A DNA stretch of 64,000 bases from positions 106,862-170,861 of IMG/VR virus record IMGVR_UViG_3300003690_000003, one strand, 5' to 3'. Shown here piece after piece: positions 57,528 through 64,000 of the stretch. Position 1 is the first letter of the stretch. The number at the start of each line of letters is the position of its first letter. The DNA comes from a virus. A model generated the notes under the pieces. The model did not search any database and was not told where the DNA came from. It saw only the letters and a list, made by a program, of their open reading frames with translations. Position numbers and translations under genes: made by a program.

Positions 57528-59785
57528 AATGATGTCCCACTATTAATTAAATAGTTCGCTACTTCTTCAACTAGTGATTTACCTGTTAATTTTTGATGTT
57601 GCTTTTGCTTCTCGTTTTCTTCTTCGGTATCTAAGTCGTGCCATGGGCCACCCTTAGCTCCAAGAGCACCACCTTCTATAGAACCTCCAGCCATACTAGA
57701 TATTTCATCAATCATTTCATCAATCAGCCCATGAAGATCGCTGGCACGAAAGGATTCGCCGATCGGCTGTTCCTCCTTGGGTTCTTCTTTGGTAGTACCA
57801 CCAAGAACTCTTGTAAAAATATATTCTGCCTGATTTTGTGAACTTTCAGGCAAGAAAGTTTTAAACTTTTTTAGGTCTCCATCTAAAAGCGCGCGTCGCA
57901 TTTGGCTGGCGCTCATTTTCTCAAGTGGATCGTCGGAACCGGCGAGAGGAGGAACCATTAAGGAGCCCACTGTCAAGTCTGGGCGCGCCTTTTTGATGCT
58001 TTTACCAATGTCTCCATGTTGTCTGTCGGCAGTGCTAGCAGCAATATGTAGAGTAGAGCCTTTAGGGAGCCCGAGCGCTGAGTTGTATATAGCCTGTAAA
58101 GGACTATTCGTTATTCTAATCTCTCCCGTTTTCTTTTTAATGGGTCTTCCATCCTCATCCAGCACTGGAAGACCATTCTTAGGAACAGTTATTATTGCAA
58201 TTTCATCCAATCCTATATTCTCATTTTGTAAAAGCATTCGAAGAACTTGCATAGATTGAGATAGAGTTATTCCATCACGTGCAGTTTCCCCGGTCACCAA
58301 GTATGGCTTGGCACCAGGTTTCTTGGCAGTTGCTTGTTTGATCAGATGTATATGGCCCTTGTGCGGTGGTTTAAAGCCCCCGGGGATAAAAATGAACTCT
58401 TTTCCTTTGTTAGTAAAGACTTCATTAAGCGGTACCAGATCATCAAATAAGTTTGCCGGTATGCCCGGGCGGGAACCGGGGAAGTTTTGCAGACCTAATA
58501 ACTGGTTCATAGGGGCAAAGTTGCCAGTAAACTTATATGTGTGACCATCAAAATCAAATACAAATCCTTCGGCCGCGGTCACTATTTTTTCAACATTTTT
58601 GAGTTTTCTCATTTGTTGTGCTAAAAAGTCTTTTGCTTCTTGACTGTGAGAGTTTTCTACTGTCTGAATGATATGAGATATTTTCTTTTGAAGATCTTCG
58701 ACTTCTTTTCGATTATCTAAAATAAATGCGCTTTGAAGACTTTTTAGCATTTCTACAGAAAAATCATGAATAAGATCTTCTAAAGGCTCTAAAATATCTT
58801 TTATTATTAGTTTAGAGTTGACAATTAACTCTCTTATTTGAGCTTCTACTTCAGGAGTACCTTCTGTTACGGCATCTAAAATACCCTTATTGTGAAAGCC
58901 GCGGGTTCTTTTAGTGGGCCCTCCTTTAATATCATAATATTCCGCGTACATGCGACGATAAAGAAGTTTACGCGCTTCGAAATTAAGAGTTGGAAGTCGT
59001 TGGTTAACAATCTTTTCAAGTCTGTCGATTATAAACTGCCCAATATTTTTATTATCTGTGAGACCATTTACAGACATAAGTTTGTCTAGTCGAAGAATGG
59101 ATTCATCATATATTGCCCCAGTAGATAAGTTTTGAAGTTGAATAACTGCTCCAACTTGAAGAGCCATACCTTCTCTTTCAACATTATTATAAAATGACTC
59201 TAGATAAGCCTCTAGTTTAACAGCTTTTTCTTCTGCATCCTCGCGCGGCATACTAATAGTATCTTGTTTTTCTGCATCGTAGGCTTCATGGCCTACACGA
59301 TGAATTAAAAGAGATTCAACATCATAGTTAATAGCATTTCTACTGGATGCACTCATAACTTCAGCATTATAAAAGATATCTGCGTCTTCCCCAAAAAACT
59401 CAAGCTGAAGTTTTAAAGGAAGGCTTTCGGCGAATGCTTCAAAAGTTGCCATAGCTTGCGTATAGGCGGCGCGGACGTGTTCCGGAGTTTCTCTCTTTTT
59501 TCTAAGCTTACCGGTTCGAAGGCCCTTAAAAGCCGGATTTTCAATAGCCATATAAGCCATTAAGTCATCGGAGTTAAAACCTTTTTTAAAGGCGTGATCA
59601 TCGTTTCTTATTGCGACTGTTTCTCTGCGCAGCACAGAATATGAAATGGAGATATTTTGACCATCTGTTTTCTCGGTACCTGAAAGTTTTCCTTCCGAGG
59701 CTAACTTAAAGATCTCCTTCAGCTTACCAAAGGTAAGAGCGGGGTCGTCATATAAATGAGACATGTGTCCAGCGCGCCCACCCAT
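57524..59785 (-). CDS. fusion of a ligase-like (DUF6267-type) domain and a HIGH-family nucleotidyltransferase
   Basis: GHMSHLYD, TEKTDGQN (KxDG), AEGFVF, YKFTGNFAP; then PGGFKPPHKGH and KMSASQMR. Confidence 0.7.
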   Translation of the reverse strand: MGGRAGHMSHLYDDPALTFGKLKEIFKLASEGKLSGTEKTDGQNISISYSVLRRETVAIRNDDHAFKKGFNSDDLMAYMAIENPAFKGLRTGKLRKKRETPEHVRAAYTQAMATFEAFAESLPLKLQLEFFGEDADIFYNAEVMSASSRNAINYDVESLLIHRVGHEAYDAEKQDTISMPREDAEEKAVKLEAYLESFYNNVEREGMALQVGAVIQLQNLSTGAIYDESILRLDKLMSVNGLTDNKNIGQFIIDRLEKIVNQRLPTLNFEARKLLYRRMYAEYYDIKGGPTKRTRGFHNKGILDAVTEGTPEVEAQIRELIVNSKLIIKDILEPLEDLIHDFSVEMLKSLQSAFILDNRKEVEDLQKKISHIIQTVENSHSQEAKDFLAQQMRKLKNVEKIVTAAEGFVFDFDGHTYKFTGNFAPMNQLLGLQNFPGSRPGIPANLFDDLVPLNEVFTNKGKEFIFIPGGFKPPHKGHIHLIKQATAKKPGAKPYLVTGETARDGITLSQSMQVLRMLLQNENIGLDEIAIITVPKNGLPVLDEDGRPIKKKTGEIRITNSPLQAIYNSALGLPKGSTLHIAASTADRQHGDIGKSIKKARPDLTVGSLMVPPLAGSDDPLEKMSASQMRRALLDGDLKKFKTFLPESSQNQAEYIFTRVLGGTTKEEPKEEQPIGESFRASDLHGLIDEMIDEISSMAGGSIEGGALGAKGGPWHDLDTEEENEKQKQHQKLTGKSLVEEVANYLINSGTSL

Positions 59786-59786
59786 T

Positions 59787-60038
59787 TTAACTCTCCTTAT
59801 TTTCTTCTAGTATATTAACTTGTTCTTCAAGAACTTTAATCTGCTCTTGCATTTTTCTGCAATGCCGGCGTACTTCGTGAAGATTAGATTTAGCTATTTC
59901 AACTCGTCGCGAATCTCGTTGTGTTCGAGGAATAATCGCATTTAAAGTTTCCGCAATCGATTGAATGTAGGTCTCTACACTTGGCTTCTGGGCTTCGCCA
60001 AGGAGAAACTCCCGAGTCATTCGATTTAAATCAACCAC
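59787..60038 (-). CDS. hypothetical coiled-coil protein
   Basis: 83 aa, GTG start. Confidence 0.6.
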   Translation of the reverse strand: MVDLNRMTREFLLGEAQKPSVETYIQSIAETLNAIIPRTQRDSRRVEIAKSNLHEVRRHCRKMQEQIKVLEEQVNILEENKES

Positions 60039-60040
60039 GA

Positions 60041-60328
60041 TTAGCTACTCTTTTTTGTTTTCGTAGTTTTCTTTCTTGCGGTTGTCTTGCGCGTACGCGT
60101 CTTGGTGGTTAACTTGGGATGATGCTTTCGGAAATCTTCCGCAGTCACTTCAGCAGTCGCAAGTGTAGCAGTCGTGGTTGCGGTGAGCGCAGGAGTCGGT
60201 TCAATAACCGTGACCGGTTCGATTGTCGTCGTCGGAGTCTCCGCGGCCGCAAGAATCGCGTTGGATACAGCATTGGGAGGTAGTAACCCAAGTTGAATCT
60301 TTCTAAGAACTTTTCTTTTAGATGCCAT
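60041..60328 (-). CDS. small Thr-rich protein with histone-like basic tail
   Basis: C-terminus KTRTRKTTARKKTTKTKKSS. Confidence 0.6.
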   Translation of the reverse strand: MASKRKVLRKIQLGLLPPNAVSNAILAAAETPTTTIEPVTVIEPTPALTATTTATLATAEVTAEDFRKHHPKLTTKTRTRKTTARKKTTKTKKSS

Positions 60329-62076
60329 TATTTTGTCTCCTTGCTAAGTTTCTCGAATATCCTTCGGGCCACATCTCGTGCCTCATCGAGGGTGAGGGAA
60401 AGAGATTCGTGTTCTTGTGTCTCGATGGATTCGCGTACGGGCCTGCGGTCGACGAAAGGGTCTCCTCTAACCGTTACGGCTTGCTTGAACCCCTTCGTAA
60501 GAGGGACTCCTCCGGGGGCGGATAGTTTTCCTTGAGCGACGCGTCCCGCCACTGCTTTCGAGGAAGCCGCGGCTTCTGGGGTTCTTTCCCAGCCTTGACT
60601 TTTCGGTGCAAAAGCAGGCTTTTCTCCTGCCTCGAAACCCCGTTTGCCGGCGCGAACACCGCCTGCCGGCGATACTCCTAGTGTGGCACCCAGCTCCGAA
60701 CTAACTTTCCGGCGTCTTTGAATATCGCCGGCCTGGCGCTCTTTTCGATCGTCGAACTCCGGCGCCTGAGCGGCCGGAGCGCTAGTGCCAGCTCCAGTTT
60801 TCTTACCCCAATCGATTTCCTGTTCCTGAAGGCCGGCCAGCTCATGGAAGCGGCTTAATTCTGATCCTAACTGATGTTCTTTTCGAAGAGGACCATATTC
60901 CTCTCCGCGTTCGGGAACAGGTGCTCGGACATCTGCAGCCTTCCGGCGAACCGGGTATTGTTGCGCTGAATCCTCAGCATCTCCAAGCTCTGCAGGAGGC
61001 GCGCCCGCAGGCTTTTCTCGTTTAATGTCCCCGGGCCGCGGTTCGCGAGAGCCCGGTGGCTGCTCGCGTTTAAGAGTGACTGGGCCTTCCTGCTCGTCGA
61101 GTTCACTTTCCTTGGCCATTGAAGGTCGATTGCCTTCTTCATCAGCATGCTCTTCGGAGGCGATACCTTCGTAATGCCTGCCGCGGCCCATTGCTTCTTC
61201 TATATCTTCATCGTCTTCATTATCTTCGTTGCGGGCTAAATGACCAGGGTGTTCTTCAGCGAGAGAAGCTTCAAGAATGGTAAGTTCTTCAACTCGTAAA
61301 GTCCTTATATTGTTATCACCAAAATCAACTTCATATGCTGTTACTTCTTGTAACTGTTCGTTCCAGTTATGATCGGTACATCGTCCTTCTAAACCGCTCA
61401 CATTCTCGCGCACATGGTGTGCACAGTAGTGATTGGGAGTAAAAATGCCCTCGTCTACTTCTTCAGCATCTGCGGCCGCATCCTTCATAGACTCTTCCTT
61501 ATCGCCGTCCTTATCGAGATCTAGGAAGTCTGGCTTAGCTCCTTCCTTAAGAAGCCCCCACTTTTTCATCAATAAAGTGTTGAGCTCGTTGTTTTTCCAT
61601 TCTTTTAATGACATTTTTGGTTCTCCTGCTTTCTCAAAATCGATTTCAATCTCGATATCGCCTTTCTTAATTAGGTCTTCAAAGTCTCTAAAGATAATAT
61701 TTCCGCGCTTATACGCATCTAGTTCAGCATTTCGCATAGCCTCGTTTTCTTGAGCATATCCGGGGCCGAGGTTTTCTGTTGATTCAAAGTCCCCATTGCA
61801 GTTTTGTGCATGGTGAACAAGTTCATGCGAAAACGATCGTAGAATATCTTTTGGGTGACGCCCATCAACGTAAATGGCAATCGAAAACTCATCTGGATTA
61901 TACTGAGCTGTGCGCCCGAGCAGCTTGTTAGCATTTTCTTCATCAGACTGAAATGAAACCATAACAGGCTTAAAAAAACCTAACTTTTCTTGAGCATATG
62001 GAAAAAAATGCTGAATCATCTGACTTAAATGATCCAGATTTCGATTTGAGTTGTTTTGTATACTACACCCTTCCAT
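60328..62076 (-). CDS. modular acidic protein with N-terminal HEXXH zincin domain and a DxDxDG motif
   Basis: DILRSFSHELVHHAQ...E; KPDFLDLDKDGDKEESMKDAA; HYCAHHV; RFHELAGL; long disordered segments. Confidence 0.6.
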   Translation of the reverse strand: MEGCSIQNNSNRNLDHLSQMIQHFFPYAQEKLGFFKPVMVSFQSDEENANKLLGRTAQYNPDEFSIAIYVDGRHPKDILRSFSHELVHHAQNCNGDFESTENLGPGYAQENEAMRNAELDAYKRGNIIFRDFEDLIKKGDIEIEIDFEKAGEPKMSLKEWKNNELNTLLMKKWGLLKEGAKPDFLDLDKDGDKEESMKDAAADAEEVDEGIFTPNHYCAHHVRENVSGLEGRCTDHNWNEQLQEVTAYEVDFGDNNIRTLRVEELTILEASLAEEHPGHLARNEDNEDDEDIEEAMGRGRHYEGIASEEHADEEGNRPSMAKESELDEQEGPVTLKREQPPGSREPRPGDIKREKPAGAPPAELGDAEDSAQQYPVRRKAADVRAPVPERGEEYGPLRKEHQLGSELSRFHELAGLQEQEIDWGKKTGAGTSAPAAQAPEFDDRKERQAGDIQRRRKVSSELGATLGVSPAGGVRAGKRGFEAGEKPAFAPKSQGWERTPEAAASSKAVAGRVAQGKLSAPGGVPLTKGFKQAVTVRGDPFVDRRPVRESIETQEHESLSLTLDEARDVARRIFEKLSKETK

Positions 62077-62078
62077 TA

Positions 62079-62315
62079 TTAACGTCTATCCTTCCCAGGG
62101 TCTATCATTCGTCTGCGCATTTGATAATCCTTTTCAAATAGATAATCTGATATAACAGATACTTTAAAATATCTTGGTTGTTTAACATAAGGTATTAGGC
62201 CGTGTACTAAAAGCATAATACCACTTAACAAAAGCCGAATAGACATCCCCATCGCAAAAAATAAATGCGTGATATAATCGGTTCTCCGATCTTTAAGATG
62301 ATACCAATCAAACAT
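62079..62315 (-). CDS. DUF6356-like small membrane protein
   Basis: HL...YITHLFFA...LVHGLIP pattern. Confidence 0.55.
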   Translation of the reverse strand: MFDWYHLKDRRTDYITHLFFAMGMSIRLLLSGIMLLVHGLIPYVKQPRYFKVSVISDYLFEKDYQMRRRMIDPGKDRR

Positions 62316-62343
62316 CGTGATATAAATAGTTTAGAGAGAGCAA

Positions 62344-62697
62344 TTATACCACTCCCCACAAGAAACCTATTAAATGCCAAATATTTATTACTATATATAT
62401 TAATACCAATGTCCACGTGGCACTTAATACCAGGTTTGGACGCTTTGGGCGCAACCACTTTAATATTCCGATTCCGAAAAATGTTAATAGTAGCTTGCCA
62501 AAAGCAAAAGTCACCATCGACTCTTGCACTAAATATTCCATTAGAGGATTGGCTTCTTCGGCCGCGCCTAGGCTAAGCCACAAAATAGTCGCAATAAGAT
62601 CAAGAAGAGCTAGAATAATAAGCGCACTAAAAAGCAGTTTAAGTTTTTTACGCGGTACTTTGCGTGCACTTTTTATTTTTCTCACCTCCCATATCAA
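62344..62697 (-). CDS. DUF5658-like membrane protein
   Basis: LDLIAT...EANPLM...K motif with three TM helices. Confidence 0.65.
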   Translation of the reverse strand: MIWEVRKIKSARKVPRKKLKLLFSALIILALLDLIATILWLSLGAAEEANPLMEYLVQESMVTFAFGKLLLTFFGIGILKWLRPKRPNLVLSATWTLVLIYIVINIWHLIGFLWGVV

Positions 62698-62851
62698 TTA
62701 TGATACAATCTTCTTTTTCCTTTTTTTCTTCGATCTCTGGCATGGGGGGTAAGGGTACGGGAAGCTGCGGTCTCTGGTATAACTCTTCTCTTTTTCGTTC
62801 CTCTCTTTGTCTTATTTTTTCAAGTATATAAGGTGGTATATATTTCATCAT
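62648..62851 (-). CDS. hypothetical protein
   Basis: 67 aa with IPPYILEKI and QRPQLPVP segments. Confidence 0.55.
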   Translation of the reverse strand: MMKYIPPYILEKIRQREERKREELYQRPQLPVPLPPMPEIEEKKEKEDCIIIDMGGEKNKKCTQSTA

Positions 62852-62859
62852 TTTTTACC

Positions 62860-63483
62860 TCACAGTAAATCATCGATATAATCAAATAGATACTCTTCAC
62901 TCCAACCGCGGTAGATCATATACATTTCCATTTCTCGATTAATAAGATAGAATGATGGCCAACCGCTCAATCTCCAAGTTCCTCCGGAGCTTTCTAACAA
63001 ACTACGATCCCCGACCAAAATAGGCGCCGTGATGATATTATATGTAGTAGCCCATTGTTGTGCGTCGGTAACAGTAGGAATCTCTCTACTTTCAGTTTCG
63101 ATTAGGACCGTTATATATAAGAGGTCTTGTTCAATATAGTAGTCGTAATGTTCTTGTGTAAAAAATGCAGCACTCCTGCAAGGTCCGCACCACATAGCAG
63201 AAAAATCTAATACGATCGCTGTTCCGTAATGATCGTAAAGTTGAAAAACTTCTCCATTTTGATCTAATAATTCAAAATTGCATGGATGGTAACTTGGGCG
63301 CGTGCCACACTCGTCCCACGTTACTGGGGTGTTGCCCACCATAAGGGGAGCTTCCACATCTGAATCTTCTGTGAGTTCTACGCCAGGCGGCCATCCAGAA
63401 TTGGAGTCGGTGGTATCATTATTCGGTTCTACCACACAGGATGCTAGCAAAATACAAAACAATAATCCTATGCGTCTTAACAC
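62860..63483 (-). CDS. TlpA/redoxin-like thioredoxin-fold lipoprotein
   Basis: LASC lipobox; FELLDQNG, VLDFSAMWCGPC, GWPSFYLIN. Confidence 0.85.
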   Translation of the reverse strand: MLRRIGLLFCILLASCVVEPNNDTTDSNSGWPPGVELTEDSDVEAPLMVGNTPVTWDECGTRPSYHPCNFELLDQNGEVFQLYDHYGTAIVLDFSAMWCGPCRSAAFFTQEHYDYYIEQDLLYITVLIETESREIPTVTDAQQWATTYNIITAPILVGDRSLLESSGGTWRLSGWPSFYLINREMEMYMIYRGWSEEYLFDYIDDLL

Positions 63484-63547
63484 AAGAATCCCCTTATTTT
63501 AACTAGGATCCCTAAAAGTTAAAACACTTTAAGAATATATTATTATT

Positions 63548-63763
63548 TTACATAGCGATGGGAAGGCCGGCTGATTTCATAGCTATAAGAAGAGCGCTTA
63601 TCTCTTCTTCTCGCATACCATCGATTATTCGTAGAACCTGTGTAACCTTATGAGACTGTTGGACTGCGCTTGTGTCTACGGCGCCGGCAGCGGGTGGTTG
63701 CTCATTCAGGCTTTTTAGTTCTTCTTGAACAAGTTGTTTTAAACTGTCGCGTGATAGTTTCAT
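63548..63763 (-). CDS. small hypothetical protein with MKLS..LKQLVQEEL leader
   Basis: 71 aa; leader motif of a type common among large-phage proteins. Confidence 0.6.
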   Translation of the reverse strand: MKLSRDSLKQLVQEELKSLNEQPPAAGAVDTSAVQQSHKVTQVLRIIDGMREEEISALLIAMKSAGLPIAM

Positions 63764-63766
63764 TTC

Positions 63767-64000
63767 TTAGTCCTTTAGTCCACTCATACATAGTATAGCC
63801 ACAAGCCCCGGGACCTCATCTTTTACATAAACGCCTGAAAATAGTGTATTAGTTCTACCTCCGACATAAGAAATGGCAGCATCCATGTGTTTGCTAACTT
63901 CTGGATTAGAAGCCATTGCAGATGTAACCACCAACAACATAGCTCCGTTAACGGGACTTCCTTGCGGCTGTGGGCACGGAGAGCGCGTTGAGCAGTTCTG
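63767..64000 (-). CDS. C-terminal fragment of a probable tubulin/FtsZ-family protein
   Basis: Own translation ...GAMLLVVTSAMASNPEVSKHMDAAISYVGGRTNTLFSGVYVKDEVPGLVAILCMSGLKD*; strand-helix-strand-strand ending in SGL as in FtsZ/CetZ/TubZ C-domains; GTPase motif would be outside the window. Confidence 0.45.
   Translation of the reverse strand, partial: QNCSTRSPCPQPQGSPVNGAMLLVVTSAMASNPEVSKHMDAAISYVGGRTNTLFSGVYVKDEVPGLVAILCMSGLKD

Noticed and set aside
1-64000. Stop-codon reassignment as in some large phages
   Set aside because: ORFs up to 4098 aa are intact in the standard code, coding density is high, and TAA, TAG and TGA all end genes.

Overview
This 64-kb window looks like part of a large (probably jumbo) myovirus-type bacteriophage genome. 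Essentially every real gene is on the minus strand, tightly packed, in the standard genetic code. In transcription order (right to left) there are four blocks. (1) A mixed block: the tail of a probable tubulin/FtsZ-family gene, a thioredoxin-like lipoprotein, Glu-motif proteins that resemble head-packaged proteins, a ligase-like/HIGH-nucleotidyltransferase fusion, a Fis-like HTH, a complete tmRNA (tag ANDADYGLALAA), three clustered zinc proteases, PIN-PhoH and a Cas4/RecB-like nuclease. (2) A 14-kb, AT-richer, 16-gene sugar-nucleotide/glycosyltransferase cluster (33.1-47.2 kb) that seems to hold two parallel 'isomerase/epimerase - kinase - phosphatase - nucleotidyltransferase - glycosyltransferase' modules. 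(3) A gp55-like phage sigma factor. (4) A baseplate module: split gp5-like hub/spike, a 2526-aa unknown protein, gp25, gp6, a DNRLRE-type protein and a 4098-aa wedge-like protein with inserted LamG lectin modules. The leading hypothesis is a phage-encoded virion glycosylation system making unusual heptose/ketose-type sugars, with [ST][GA]S tripeptides enriched in some structural proteins as candidate acceptor sites. A recurring WCTAWKTA box upstream of genes is a candidate late promoter. All family calls come from recognising motifs by eye; no database search was run.
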